From positions 448,001 to 512,000 of the forward strand of contig OZ253553.1 of assembly GCA_965262715.1 (NCBI GenBank): 64,000 nucleotides of DNA, in the 5' to 3' direction. The translations under genes were made by a program, and so were the position numbers. The DNA is from Bdellovibrionales bacterium. GTDB taxonomy: Bacteria; Bdellovibrionota; Bdellovibrionia; Bdellovibrionales; JAUICD01. The notes under the pieces are model-generated. The model made no database searches. It was not told where the DNA came from and saw nothing but the letters and a program-made list of their open reading frames with translations. Below, in pieces: positions 21,245 through 32,978 of this stretch; within the stretch, counting starts at the first letter, position 1; each line of letters starts with the position of its first letter.

Positions 21245-22942
21245 TTAAGCTGATTTTTTGGATTTTAAATGTGATCGGTGAATAAATGTAACGGTACAAA
21301 CATAAAGCCAATGTAATAGCACAAAGCCTGAGACGTACTCGATCCCACCTCCTCCAAATCCATAAGAGTGCAAGCCAGCGCCTAATACAAAGTTGACTCC
21401 GTACCAGGCCATCAATACCAATGAGAAACAAATACCACTCCAAGCCAGAAACCCAAAGTTTCCAAGCCATCCAGACAGTCTGCCATGTATGACTGCAATA
21501 TACCCTAAAAGGGCAATCAAAGCCCATGTCTCTTTGGGGTCCCAGCCCCAAAATCGTCCCCATGAGTAATCAGCCCACACTCCACCTAAAATGGTTCCAG
21601 CAGCCAGTAAAACTACACCTACTTGTATGGCGTAGTAGGAGGCATTGATGAAAGATAAAATAAGAGCTTTTTTTGAAGAAGGAAGTTTTTGAATGTCTTT
21701 GAAAAACCATCCAAGTCCTATATTAGATAAGACAAATGAGAGGAAGAAAGCAGAGTAACCTAATGTTATGGTCATAACATGCACAATGAGCCAGAGATTG
21801 CTGCGTAAGACAGGGACAAGAGGTTGCAGTGAAGGATCTAAGATTGTAGGTGCCATGTCTGCTGTGATAAGACAGAGAGTTGCTACAATGCAGGCAGAGA
21901 AAATATAATAGATGCGTTTTTGTCGCCATTCAAAAAGCATTGCAAAAAAGACAGCTCCCCATGCGACCCAAATGACAGATTCATACATATTTGAAACAGG
22001 AGGGCGTTCTGTTAAGTAAACTCGCAAAGCAAAACCATAGGTATGTAATAAAAATGCGAAGGCTAAATTAACAAGGCCGATATATGTTCCCCACTTCCAG
22101 CCTAAAAGAGCAATGAGGAAAAAAATAGCACCGAATATATAAAACACCCAGGCCCACTTAAAAGGTGATAGAAAGTTATAATGAAGTTCGATGGAGATTT
22201 TATCAAGATTTGGGTACTGAGAGGGGTTTTCAGCTCTTGCTGCTTGTATAAAATCTTCTAAAGATTTTTCTAGTTCTAGAGAGTTATTATCTTGTATTCC
22301 TTGAATAAAGCTTTTTGCAACTCTCTCAAATCTTGATTTCCAGGTTTCATTGAAATGGGATAAGGGTACCCATGACTCTGTATTTTCCTGAGGGATAAGG
22401 GCAAGCGCTTGTCCCGATGTGATGGCTTGAAAAGTTTGTATTTGCGCTTCTAGTCTTTGAATGGATTGAAAATAAGGGCTTAATTTGACGCGATCTTTTC
22501 TTAAAGCTTCTAGTTCTTGAAAAATGAGGGTTAATCTAGGGCTAGCTGCGAGGGCTTTAAAAGAAAAATGTTTTTTTTGAGCATCTAATTTAAGATTTTG
22601 TTTGAGATCTAAGCGAGTAATTTCAATGATATCAACTTGGGACCAATGTGTAGGTAATAGAAGCCATGTAAAAATGACTTCAGAAGGTGATTTATTTTCG
22701 TAATGGGATCTTCCATAAATAAGTTGTAGAGATTCTTTTGCAAATGTGCCAAAAGGTTTAACGCGTCCCCCAGATTGAATAGGTAGGGCGTCTAATAAGG
22801 ATGACATGTCTGCCATTGCTAAGGTTTGGCAAAAAATAATTATTAGTGAAGTTATAAGCTTGAGTTTCATAAATTTCTGATCCTCATAAAAAATGCCATT
22901 ATCAGTTAGCTGGACTTTAGAATATGTCATAGCCTTAGCCAA
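21245..22942 (-). CDS. ccsA: Cytochrome c biogenesis protein CcsA (system II)
   Basis: [18 protein letters not shown] (WWD domain), GLHSYG, PPVSNMYES; true start may be a downstream Met. Confidence 0.92.
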   Translation of the reverse strand: MAKAMTYSKVQLTDNGIFYEDQKFMKLKLITSLIIIFCQTLAMADMSSLLDALPIQSGGRVKPFGTFAKESLQLIYGRSHYENKSPSEVIFTWLLLPTHWSQVDIIEITRLDLKQNLKLDAQKKHFSFKALAASPRLTLIFQELEALRKDRVKLSPYFQSIQRLEAQIQTFQAITSGQALALIPQENTESWVPLSHFNETWKSRFERVAKSFIQGIQDNNSLELEKSLEDFIQAARAENPSQYPNLDKISIELHYNFLSPFKWAWVFYIFGAIFFLIALLGWKWGTYIGLVNLAFAFLLHTYGFALRVYLTERPPVSNMYESVIWVAWGAVFFAMLFEWRQKRIYYIFSACIVATLCLITADMAPTILDPSLQPLVPVLRSNLWLIVHVMTITLGYSAFFLSFVLSNIGLGWFFKDIQKLPSSKKALILSFINASYYAIQVGVVLLAAGTILGGVWADYSWGRFWGWDPKETWALIALLGYIAVIHGRLSGWLGNFGFLAWSGICFSLVLMAWYGVNFVLGAGLHSYGFGGGGIEYVSGFVLLHWLYVCTVTFIHRSHLKSKKSA

Positions 22943-23168
22943 TGCTTATTTTCAAGCAATTTTATATTTATTTTTTGAAGAAGTAGGACCAAGGTACTTA
23001 AGATCTTATAATTTCTTAAGAATCAAGATTAAATGCACTTAAAAATTCAAGTTAGAAAATATGATATACCGATAAATTTTTAAGTTTGGTTTATTATTAA
23101 GCCATTTAAAGTGTCACATAATTTAATGTGTAGCTCATTTTTTTGACTCATACCTAAACAAAGTCAGC

Positions 23169-23996
23169 TTGCGGGCACTTCACTTAGGCGGGAGGAGGAT
23201 TAAAGTGATATTAAAAAATCGATTTAAAGCAAAGAAAGCTTTACTTCTCATTTGCTCTCCCCTTTATATTATTTTTCTTCAAGGTTGTACAGATAACCTT
23301 AATAATAATAATACAGGATTTTTTGATTCTGGCAGTTGTCCTATTGAATCAGTTCCTGCTTTAACAGATAAATCTTTATGTATTAGCATAAATGATTGTC
23401 CGTTTCAATTTTGTTCAGCAGGTTCAGGTGGTGATTTTGAAGTTATTATAGGGCATCGAGATGGAGGTGTCAATCAGTTGCAATGTAATAGAAGATTAGT
23501 AAATTTATCTTTACATTCTTGTTCTTTTGGAGTTGGTAGTAGCAACAAAGCTAAGATTAAGTCTCTTGAGGTCGTGCGTGAAGATGATGGGACTAATAGG
23601 ATTCATCTGTCAATGGCAAAAGGGGCCATTATAGAGCCAGAAAAAGAAGATGATGGCGAAGGTGATGATAATAATGATAACAACAATGACACAGGCAATA
23701 AAAATGATAAAGGACTGCGTTTGGTGAGTTTTTATTCTTTAAGATGCGGTGGATATATCAATCAAAATTCTCTTTTAACATCAGGCTCGTTATATAAAGC
23801 GAGGCTAGATAAAGATAAAGGAAGTATGATCATTTCAGATAGTAACATTATATGTGGAAAGGTTGAGGAAGGAGCATCAGAAGCAACACTTGAATGTACT
23901 TACAATGCCAACTCAGGTTGTATTTTTACCCTCTCTTTATGGGGTTATGACTCTCGAAATAACTTTTCTAATCGTAAAACTATTGAAATTAGGTAA
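23169..23996 (+). CDS. Hypothetical Cys-rich lipoprotein
   Basis: LQGC lipobox after a hydrophobic stretch; start uncertain. Confidence 0.6.
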   Translation: MRALHLGGRRIKVILKNRFKAKKALLLICSPLYIIFLQGCTDNLNNNNTGFFDSGSCPIESVPALTDKSLCISINDCPFQFCSAGSGGDFEVIIGHRDGGVNQLQCNRRLVNLSLHSCSFGVGSSNKAKIKSLEVVREDDGTNRIHLSMAKGAIIEPEKEDDGEGDDNNDNNNDTGNKNDKGLRLVSFYSLRCGGYINQNSLLTSGSLYKARLDKDKGSMIISDSNIICGKVEEGASEATLECTYNANSGCIFTLSLWGYDSRNNFSNRKTIEIR

Positions 23997-24017
23997 AATC
24001 AGTGAGAGTTTGTATGG

Positions 24018-25370
24018 GTGAAAAAGCAATCCTCTTTTTATAGTCATAGCAATTCCTTTAAGGCAGCGATCTTAGGATCTCCTAATGTAGGTAAATCAAC
24101 TCTTTTTAATATTATGACAGATAGCAGGGATGCCTTAGTCAAAGACCAGCCGGGTGTGACTCGTGATATTCATATAGGCCAAGTTCATTGGGAGCATCAT
24201 CAATTTGAAGTGATAGATACAGGTGGTTTGACAGAGCAAAAGGATGATGGCTTTTCTATTTTAATCAAAAATAAAATACAAGAAGTGATTTCTTTTGTAG
24301 ATTGTTTGATCATTGTGATGGACGGAAGGGCTGGTTTATGCCCAGAGGACATTTTTGTAGTAGAGCTTGCAAGACAAGCAAATAAGCCTTTTTTGATTGT
24401 AGTGAATAAGATCGATAGTATTAAGAGTTGGGACTTAGTGCAAGTGGACTTTTGTCAATTAGGATGCCTTGTTTATCCATCTGCTTTTGAAAGAAGGATG
24501 GGTGTTTCAGAAGTTTTAGATTGGATTGTTTCTCATTTCTCTCCCTGTAAGTTAGGTGCCAAAAAGGCTTCATTTGTGATCAAGCCTGCTTTAGCACTTA
24601 TTGGCAAGCCTAATGTGGGGAAAAGTTCTCTCTGTAATCGGTTGCATGCTTTAGAGCGTATGTTAGTGACAGAAAAACCTGGCACAACAACAGATAGTAT
24701 ACAGAGCCTCATAGAATATAAAGGAAAATCTTATACTTTAATTGATACAGCAGGGATGAGAAGGAAGTCTAAGCAAGCAAAAGAAGGCTTAGAGGTCTTA
24801 GCAAGTTATAAAACAAAACATTCTATGGGCTTCGCAGATATAAATTTATTGCTCATTGATGGTCTTCAAGGACCTAGTCATCAAGATGCTAAGTTGGTTG
24901 ATGAGTCTTTAAAGTTGCAAAAACCTGTTATATTACTCGTGAACAAGACAGATTTAGGGCAAAATGGATTTCGTAAAAAATTAAGGGAGCAGATCAAAGA
25001 TTGCTTTCATTTTATCACTGATATACCCATTGTGTTTATCAGTGCAAAAACAGGGTTAGGCTTAGATGCTCTTTTTGTCAAGATAGAAGAGATATGGAAA
25101 AAGCTGCACTTTCACATTCCAACCTCTCAATTAAATAAATTTTTTACAAATACTATAACTCAAGCTCCTTCACCTTTTGTGGGGTCCAAGCCTGTTAAGT
25201 TTTATTATTTAACACAGACAAAACAGGTACCTCCTAGTTTTATTGCTTTTATGAATGAGCCTAAGGGACTTACTACTTCTTATGAAAGATTTCTTATACG
25301 TAAGATCAAGCAGGAATGGTCTTTGTTCGAGATTCCTATTCGTATTTTTCCTCTTAAAAAGGGATCTTAA
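24018..25370 (+). CDS. der: Ribosome biogenesis GTPase Der (EngA)
   Basis: Two tandem G domains (GSPNVGKS, GKPNVGKS) and a KH-like C-terminus. Confidence 0.95.
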   Translation: MKKQSSFYSHSNSFKAAILGSPNVGKSTLFNIMTDSRDALVKDQPGVTRDIHIGQVHWEHHQFEVIDTGGLTEQKDDGFSILIKNKIQEVISFVDCLIIVMDGRAGLCPEDIFVVELARQANKPFLIVVNKIDSIKSWDLVQVDFCQLGCLVYPSAFERRMGVSEVLDWIVSHFSPCKLGAKKASFVIKPALALIGKPNVGKSSLCNRLHALERMLVTEKPGTTTDSIQSLIEYKGKSYTLIDTAGMRRKSKQAKEGLEVLASYKTKHSMGFADINLLLIDGLQGPSHQDAKLVDESLKLQKPVILLVNKTDLGQNGFRKKLREQIKDCFHFITDIPIVFISAKTGLGLDALFVKIEEIWKKLHFHIPTSQLNKFFTNTITQAPSPFVGSKPVKFYYLTQTKQVPPSFIAFMNEPKGLTTSYERFLIRKIKQEWSLFEIPIRIFPLKKGS

Positions 25371-26173
25371 AAATTGACACCAAGGATGCCAATCCCTTTA
25401 AAGACATGAGTTGGACTACGAAGGTTAAATTGCTCTCCACCTAGACCTATAGTAGGGAATTTAACAAATTGATATTGTACTTCAAGTCCAAAAAAAATCT
25501 TATTGAGTGTGAGTGGAAACTCTATACCTATTCCTCCATGAAACCCAAAGATTCTTTTAAGATCAGCAACAGTACCTTCATTTCTAAATTTTATCCTTCG
25601 GGTGATGCTGCTTCCTCCAATCATGAAATAAGGATTGAAAGAGGCTAGGCCTTCTGTGATGTTTTGAGTATTTAGGTAATATTTTAAGTCGAAACCTATT
25701 TGTGAAAGCAACATTTCACTTACAAAACGTTCTCTGTTTGGATCGTTTATTTCTACCTCCAAGCTTCTAAAAGGGTGTATACCTGTGGTGTAGTGAAATT
25801 GTATGGCAATTCTCATGTTGAAGAAGAAAGAGAAAAAGCCTCCTATTATAAATCCTTGCCTTGTATGTTGCCCCAACTTCTGTGTGAGCATTCTCATGCC
25901 TCCTAATAATCCTATAGATAGCAAACGTCCATGTTTGAAAAAGTAAATATCAGCTTCTTCTGTAGTAGTATCTTGAAACTCTGAATAATCTGTAAAAGGA
26001 TCATAGGTATCACTTGGATCTGAGTATTGTTGTTGTGCTAAATAAGTGTCCTTTTGTTCAAAGGAGAGGGTGTTTTCAGAGGCATTTGCGAAAGGGATCG
26101 CTAAAAAAGATAAAAAAGCGATAAAATAGCTTTTTTGTATAATAATGAGATAAAATCGATGGTTAAATAGCAC
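25367..26173 (-). CDS. Outer-membrane beta-barrel protein
   Basis: Signal peptide, amphipathic beta strands, C-terminal Phe. Confidence 0.7.
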   Translation of the reverse strand: MLFNHRFYLIIIQKSYFIAFLSFLAIPFANASENTLSFEQKDTYLAQQQYSDPSDTYDPFTDYSEFQDTTTEEADIYFFKHGRLLSIGLLGGMRMLTQKLGQHTRQGFIIGGFFSFFFNMRIAIQFHYTTGIHPFRSLEVEINDPNRERFVSEMLLSQIGFDLKYYLNTQNITEGLASFNPYFMIGGSSITRRIKFRNEGTVADLKRIFGFHGGIGIEFPLTLNKIFFGLEVQYQFVKFPTIGLGGEQFNLRSPTHVFKGIGILGVNF

Positions 26174-26446
26174 TTTCTTCTCTTTAATTATTTATTTTGT
26201 TAAGTTTAAGTTCTCATATTTCAATTCATAAAGGTGTATAGGTTTTATAATATAGACCTGCTTATATATCTTTCGTCATTTTAACTGTGATATTTAATAT
26301 TTTAGTTATAAAATGAATCAATTGATAAAAGATAGAGAGATATACTTTGCTAGATAACGCCTTTATTATTAGATCAAATGATTTGTTTTTAGCTATTTAC
26401 TTGTTATAGTTGTTGTAAGTCAATTCTCGTGTTGTGAATCAGGGGG

Positions 26447-28695
26447 ATGCTATTAACAGTGGGACGTCTTGAGATATTTCATGTTATTCTGTTGTTATGC
26501 TTATTCTTTACAAGCTCAGCTTTGTTAGCCCGTCAATATGAGACAAATTCATTGATTTTTTTAGATAGAGATATTTTATCCAGTGATGATATATTAAGCT
26601 GTTCTACTCAACAGGATATGCAAAATATTTTATCGCAGAGTCAGAATTTAAGTTCATCAAATAGCTTAATAAATGATCGGCGAGCGAATGTAAAAGCAAA
26701 TTGGTTAGCGGATGACCTACTTGGATTTCCTTTAACAAGGTTAAATCAATCAATAATCATTCGTGGGGTTGTAACTCATTTGCCAGATAATGGTGAGACT
26801 CCCTTAGATCGCATGAATCGAAAAAATGTGCTTGCAGGATATAGGTAAGCAATATAACAAATAGAGTACAAGCTAGAGTTACTTCTGATGATGAGAGTTG
26901 TTTTTTAACTTTAGTTTATTGTAACCAAGGAGGTGATTGCCTTAATGAAGAGGGTCGGCTTAATATCTATACGCAATTTCCTATTTTAGGTTTCTCTAAA
27001 AAGCATCAGGTTATAATAATTGACCCTTCTTTGTTTGGTAGATATTTGAGTGATCAAATAACTAGTTTTCCTATAAGGCATCCTCTTATTAATGAACCAC
27101 AGTTTATATCTAAAGTTCTTACAGGGGATTCTCAATCCTCTATTGTAGATTTTTCTCAAGAAACTTTGATTTTTGATGTCACATCGACAATTAACTGGTC
27201 GAAAGTACATTTTGAAGAGGATGGATTAATATTTAGAGATGATTTTAGGGAAGGCATTTCTGATGAATATCTTTCAGAGATAACTTCTCGTTGGGCTATA
27301 AAATTTAATAAAGATGTAACAGAAAACAACTTTATTACCAGAGTTCCAATAGATGGAATTGAGACCATAAATGTATATTCAACTTTATATGGTAAACCTG
27401 TTATTCAGAAGTGGAGGCTTGTTGATGATAGTGGCAACCCTCGTTTTATAAATTATTATGTAAAAAATGTACCTGAAATGTGGCAAAGTTCTTTTCGAGA
27501 AGGTTTTGAATATTGGAATTCTATTTCTATGGAACTTAGAGGAAGTCCTATTTTTACTTACAAATTTATTCAAGGCGACTATGATGGTCAGCAGGAAGTT
27601 ATCACAGGAGATATAAGGTTTAATGTATTGGAATGGGACACTCAGTACAAACAGAGATATTTAGGTACAGCATCTGGTTCCTATGACAACGCAGGAGAGG
27701 TTTTACACTCAAGTATTTTGGTACAGGGGCCTCGATTGGTGGATGAGTATCAAAGATGGTTTCGATACAGTCAAATGATCAGGTCAGGTGAGCCTATAGA
27801 AGATATACCCTTGTCTGCAAATCGTTTTGAAAGAGATATGATGAAAATAGTCTCTCAAGTGAATTTACAAGACCAGAGAAAAACTCACTTGCAAGTCTTA
27901 CAGCTAGCTCCGGCAAGTGAAACCTTTGAAGATTATATGTCAGGATTTTTTAGACTCTTAGTTGCTCATGAATTAGGACATCCATTAGGGCTTGGTCACT
28001 ATTATATGGCTAACATTTACGCGCAAGATGGCTATGTCGGCAATTCTGTTATGGACCTTGCAGGAAGAGTTGATGGATATAAACTAAGTTCAAGACATTA
28101 TGACCGAAAGGCCATTGCCTATATCTATCTAGGTATATTACCTGATTTTAATCAAAAAGTTGTATCTTGTTCAAGAAGAAATTTAATCACACTTGATCGT
28201 ATTGATAAAAATATGTTTCCAGAATGTTCTGATATAGATGCCACTAACAATCCTCTTGAAAGTTTTGCGCGAGAATTGCAAGAAACTTTTGATTTATTAA
28301 CGGAAAGGAGAAATATTCAAGCGAATCCTTATCTTATCTGGAATGATCAAGTTGAAATATATATTAGAAGTCGTATTTTAGGCATTATGTCTTATTATGT
28401 TTCAGCAGATTTTAGTTATGATAAGGTTCAAAGTGTTTTAATAGAAGGTCGCAGTCCAGTAAGTCCTCAAGAACTTAAGCAGGTTGTTTTAGAAAAATAT
28501 ATCACACCTATAGTTTGTCAAGCCAGTAGTATGATGATAAAAAATAGTTTTCAAAACCAAGATCATCCTCAAACTTTTTCTGATAGGCTTATTCAAACAA
28601 ATTCTACTCATTTTCAGAGGATTGTCAGGTCCGGCGCACTTCCCTATTTAGATGAATCGCTACAATGTCCAAGTGTAGAGATAACAACACATTAG
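26447..28695 (+). pseudogene. Frameshifted secreted zinc metalloprotease (metzincin-type)
   Basis: ORF 26447-26848 carries the signal peptide; the frame of ORF 27031 is open from 26845; HELGHPLGLGH and SVMD Met-turn. Confidence 0.7.
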
Positions 28696-28713
28696 AAAAG
28701 CAGTTCTTTATAC

Positions 28714-28925
28714 CTTTTTACCATCCGTGCATGGGCGCAGTTGTTTCCCTAAAAATGCTCTGGCCTCTGGCCACTTTTTGACAACCAGCCTGACTAGCTC
28801 TCGCTGTCAGGCAAATAGCTGGTTGTCTAAAAAGATTGAGCATTTTCAAGAGGGAGAATCCTCTTATTTTTTTTAAACGATGTTAAGAAAATGAGAGCTT
28901 TCTATTGCCCGTGCATGGGCGTAAC
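28714..28925 (-). CRISPR. Degenerate repeat - ~155-bp hairpin element - repeat unit 1
   Basis: Repeat variants at 28714-28741 and 28898-28925 flank a close copy of 34120-34274. Confidence 0.85.
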
Positions 28926-29135
28926 AACTAACTTTAGAAATATCCATAACTTATTTTATAATGGAGAAAGCTCCATGATGTTGAACTCGTTTTCAATTAT
29001 ATTAGAATAATTATCTTTATTTTCCCCTACAAATTCAGAACTGGATGCCATTTGAGAGGCTAAGCTTATTATTTTAGCTCCAATAGTTTCAAAAGTATCT
29101 TCACTGGATATTAATGGTAAATGCTCAGCAAACAA

Positions 29136-29462
29136 AATTACTATGTCTTTTTTATTTACATCTGAATGGGTATATATTTTATGCCAGATTCCTGCATAAA
29201 CTTTAAAGCCCATAACATGCCTATTCCCTGGAAGTCCATAGTCCCCACAATTTTCAAAAACTTGTTTAGCAGTATCCTCACCATCATCGCAAGGATAATT
29301 GCTAAACTTTTTACTAAAAGGATGTATATATAGGTCTTTATCGGGACTAATGAGATAAGCATGAAATTCAGCTTGGCCTTCATTAATAGCAGCAATACAA
29401 CCTTTATATGTATTACAACATATACTCTCAGACAAAACTCTTTTACATTCTTTTTGTGTAGA
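29136..29462 (+). repeat. 327-bp target duplication of IS1634 (second copy 31419-31571 + 32987-33160)
   Basis: Matching sequence on both sides of the IS; the second copy is split by IS256. Confidence 0.92.
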
Positions 29463-31418
29463 CCTGAGTTTGACAGTTGCGAAAATAAAGTTAAGTTATT
29501 TTAGTTAGTTACAGTGGATGTGTGATTTTGTACCACTACATTTTGATTTTGTGGTAGAGATTTAAGAGATTGTTTGTAGGTCTAAGTAGATTCTACTTTA
29601 AGTTGTTTTGATGGGATCTTTGCTCCAATAGCTTTAAATACATCAGCATTGTTACCGTTAATATCTGTTCTGATCCAAAGTGTCTTATCCTTTACCCTCA
29701 CAGGTATAGCTCGTACTTCTTTCAGCTTTGACATAGCTTCTGCCACACTCAATGGCCTTGACTTTATTCTCTTGTCTGTAATTGCTTTATCTTTTAATGT
29801 GATGTTTCTCTGATGTAACTTCTTTGAAAAATAAGCCTCACATAAGTAAGATAAAAAACACACAACTAAATGTCCTAAGATCCTCTTATCTGTCCAGTGG
29901 AACATAGGACGTGTCTTTAATGTACCTTTCAATTCTCTAAATGAATTCTCTACCTTCCATAATTGCTTATAGTTCGTTATAATCTCTTCAGAACTTAAAC
30001 TATCTGTATTTGTAATGATTCCAAAAAAACCATCTGTCCTCTCTGATTGTTCTATGGCTGACTTATTTAAAGTAGGCTTGCCTTTACTCTTAGGATGAAT
30101 AATATACTTCTTATAATTGCTATTAGATACAAAATCCTTTGTGCTTGATGACGATTTTGAAAGCTTATCTTCTAACTTAGATAGAATATCTTCTCTTACT
30201 TTCTTATCTCGTTCTGCTCTCTTTCTTGACCAGGTAATTATACAACGATTATCATTATAACTCGTCTCGTATATAGCTAAATTTTCATTTATAAATTTAA
30301 AATTCTTTAAATTGTATATCTCTGCATGACGATCCTTTAATAAACCTAGCTTTAATCCTACTATAAATTCATCTCCCTTTGCTTTTACAGATTGTAAATT
30401 CTCATTAGAAAATAAACCTCTATCTCCTACTAATATAAATCTTCTGATCTTAAACTTCTTTTTTAGTTTCTCCATAACTGAAGGTATGGTTTTACCTTCA
30501 AAGGTATTTCCAGGATAAACATCAAAGCCTAAGGGCATACCTTCTCTATCTACTAAAAGTCCAAATACCACCTGGGTACAATCACTCCTCTTCTCTTTGC
30601 TATAACCAAATCTTCGAAGATTATCTAAATCCTCTCGGGTACTCTCAAATCTCAATGTCGTTAAATCATACAAAATAACATCACACTCATTGAAAAAACT
30701 TAACTGAGACTTACCTTGTGTATAAAGAGTCTTCTCTATATCTTCCTTATGCTTACTTAGAATATCTAAAGAACGATAAATGTCTTGAAGATGAAGCTCC
30801 TCTTCTAAAAAATCAGGGTAAAATAACTTCTGCCAGTGTGAAAATACTTTAAGCTTAGAACATGGCTCTACAAAACGGCTTATAACCAATGTAAAAATAA
30901 TCTTAACAAAATCAAATTGTACTTTAGGGTGCTTTTGTTTTAAATCTGTTAATAATTCATAGAGATTTAATTGTTTGAAAATAGCATCTATTATAAGTAA
31001 GGGACCTAATATAAAAGTGTCTTTAACATCAATCTCTTTTAATAACTTACTAGCAGGAATTATCTCTAACTCTTTAGATAATACTTCTAGAAGCTTCTTC
31101 AAGTTAACTTCCTTATCCGCGGCTTTACCTAAAGACATTAGAATCCTTTGCTTCACTTGAGAACCTAATCTGTAGCTCTCAACAAGATGATAATATATGT
31201 CTCCTCTCGGATTTCTTGTAGACCTTATGAACATAAAAATACATTACAAGAAAAATATAAAAAATAAAAGAAAATAAGGTATATGACGCGTAGTGTATGA
31301 TAAATAAGTACACTACACTTTTTGACCAAAATACAAACACAATAACCGCTAATGACTATAAATACAACATTCCTTGAAAAAAATATCACGAAAATTCAAA
31401 TTAAGTGTCAAACTCAGG
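29463..31418 (-). mobile_element. IS1634-family insertion sequence
   Basis: 13-bp TIR cctgagtttgaca/tgtcaaactcagg; long direct repeat; transposase inside. Confidence 0.93.
29582..31234 (-). CDS. IS1634-family DDE transposase
   Basis: LYDLTTLRFE, FGYSKEKRSD, VGDRG, YKQLWKVENSFRELK, RPMFHW. Confidence 0.93.
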   Translation of the reverse strand: MFIRSTRNPRGDIYYHLVESYRLGSQVKQRILMSLGKAADKEVNLKKLLEVLSKELEIIPASKLLKEIDVKDTFILGPLLIIDAIFKQLNLYELLTDLKQKHPKVQFDFVKIIFTLVISRFVEPCSKLKVFSHWQKLFYPDFLEEELHLQDIYRSLDILSKHKEDIEKTLYTQGKSQLSFFNECDVILYDLTTLRFESTREDLDNLRRFGYSKEKRSDCTQVVFGLLVDREGMPLGFDVYPGNTFEGKTIPSVMEKLKKKFKIRRFILVGDRGLFSNENLQSVKAKGDEFIVGLKLGLLKDRHAEIYNLKNFKFINENLAIYETSYNDNRCIITWSRKRAERDKKVREDILSKLEDKLSKSSSSTKDFVSNSNYKKYIIHPKSKGKPTLNKSAIEQSERTDGFFGIITNTDSLSSEEIITNYKQLWKVENSFRELKGTLKTRPMFHWTDKRILGHLVVCFLSYLCEAYFSKKLHQRNITLKDKAITDKRIKSRPLSVAEAMSKLKEVRAIPVRVKDKTLWIRTDINGNNADVFKAIGAKIPSKQLKVEST

Positions 31419-31571
31419 AATTACTATGTCTTTTTTATTTACATCTGAATGGGTATATATTTTATGCCAGATTCCTGCATAAACTTTAAAGCCCATAACA
31501 TGCCTATTCCCTGGAAGTCCATAGTCCCCACAATTTTCAAAAACTTGTTTAGCAGTATCCTCACCATCATC

Positions 31572-32978
31572 GAGGTTGTCCCATAGATCGGTGAAATTTT
31601 CTTATAGGAATTAGAAGAAAGTAGAGCTCTCGGCTATCCTAAGTGGTCTAGCCGTTGTTTACTGTTTTTATTTTATCAGGAAATAGATAACAGAAAGGAG
31701 CTATTATGAAGAGTAGTAAGAATGGTTATTCAATTCAAGTTTTATCATCTGAGTCAAATGAGATTCGAGAGATCCTAGAGCATCGCATGAGATCAATGGT
31801 TATTAATATGATCCATGATTTCTTTGAGGATGAGTTATTATCACTGTGTGGTAAGCGTCATGTTCGTGGTCGTGATACAAGATATTACAGAGCGGGTAGT
31901 GATTCTGGGAGTGTTCTTGCACAAGGTCAAAGGCTTCAGGTGAGGAAGCCTAGGGTGAAGGAGAAGGGAGGTTCTGATATTAAGCTGCGGTCTTATTCAG
32001 TGCTTCAAAAGTATGACATACTTTGTGATAAAGTTTTGAGTCATGCTATGAGAGGGGTATCTTGTCGTAATTACAATGAACTTCTTGATGATATTGTAGG
32101 AGGGACGGGTCTTTCTAAGAGTACAGTGAGCAGAGTCTTTAATAAGTCATCTAGGAAGTTTCTTGAATCTTTAAATGGTCGTGATCTGAGTAAGGATAAG
32201 TTTTCATCAATTATGATTGATGGTGTTGTTTTTGGATCAAGGACAGTGGTTGTAGCTCTTGGCATCACAGTTGAAGGTAAGAAGTTAGTTCTGGGTCTTA
32301 GAGAGGGTCATACAGAGAACTGGGAAGTTTGCAAGGACTTATTAGAGAGTTTAATAGCAAGAGGTCTTTGTTCAGATAAGCCTTACCTTTTTGTAATTGA
32401 TGGTAGCAGATCTTTAAGGACAGCTATTAATAGAGTTTTTGGTAAGAGAGCAGTAGTTCAACGCTGTATTCACCACAAGGAGAGGAATGTTTTAAGTTAT
32501 TTACCTCAGGAACGTCATTTAGAGTTTAAGCGTCGCTGGAAGATGGTGCATGGTTTTAATGATTATGATTCTTCTCAGAGAGAATACAATAAGTTACTGA
32601 GTTGGTTAAGCAGGATTAATTATGCAGCATTGGCTTCACTTAAGGAAGCAAAGGAGGAGACACTGACAGTTATCAAGTTGAAGGTATCTCCACTGCTAAG
32701 GAGAACCTTATCTTCTACAAATCCTATTGAGTCTGCTTTTTCTATTGTAAGAGATAAAGTCAGCAGGGTTAAGAACTGGAGAAGTTCTCCAGATCAGGTT
32801 ATGAGATGGGCTGCTGCTTCTTTAGTTGAAGCTGAAAAAAAGTTTAGAGCTATTAAAGGGTATAAAGATTTAAATACAATGGAAGAAAATTTAAACCTAT
32901 TGACTAACAATAGAAACAGGCGTAGCAAAACATCAAGCTCTGCTTAACTTCAATTTCACCGAAACGTGGGACATCCTC
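31572..32978 (+). mobile_element. IS256-family insertion sequence
   Basis: Imperfect 27-bp TIRs (gaggttgtccca...ggtgaaatt); 8-bp TSD ccatcatc. Confidence 0.93.
31706..32947 (+). CDS. IS256-family transposase
   Basis: IMIDG, FVIDGS, QRCIHHKERNV, STNPIESAFS. Confidence 0.93.
   Translation: MKSSKNGYSIQVLSSESNEIREILEHRMRSMVINMIHDFFEDELLSLCGKRHVRGRDTRYYRAGSDSGSVLAQGQRLQVRKPRVKEKGGSDIKLRSYSVLQKYDILCDKVLSHAMRGVSCRNYNELLDDIVGGTGLSKSTVSRVFNKSSRKFLESLNGRDLSKDKFSSIMIDGVVFGSRTVVVALGITVEGKKLVLGLREGHTENWEVCKDLLESLIARGLCSDKPYLFVIDGSRSLRTAINRVFGKRAVVQRCIHHKERNVLSYLPQERHLEFKRRWKMVHGFNDYDSSQREYNKLLSWLSRINYAALASLKEAKEETLTVIKLKVSPLLRRTLSSTNPIESAFSIVRDKVSRVKNWRSSPDQVMRWAAASLVEAEKKFRAIKGYKDLNTMEENLNLLTNNRNRRSKTSSSA

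Noticed and set aside
21231..21563. 110-aa alternative-frame ORF coinciding with the duplicated segment
   Set aside because: Substitutions are synonymous in the ccsA frame, so this is a shadow ORF
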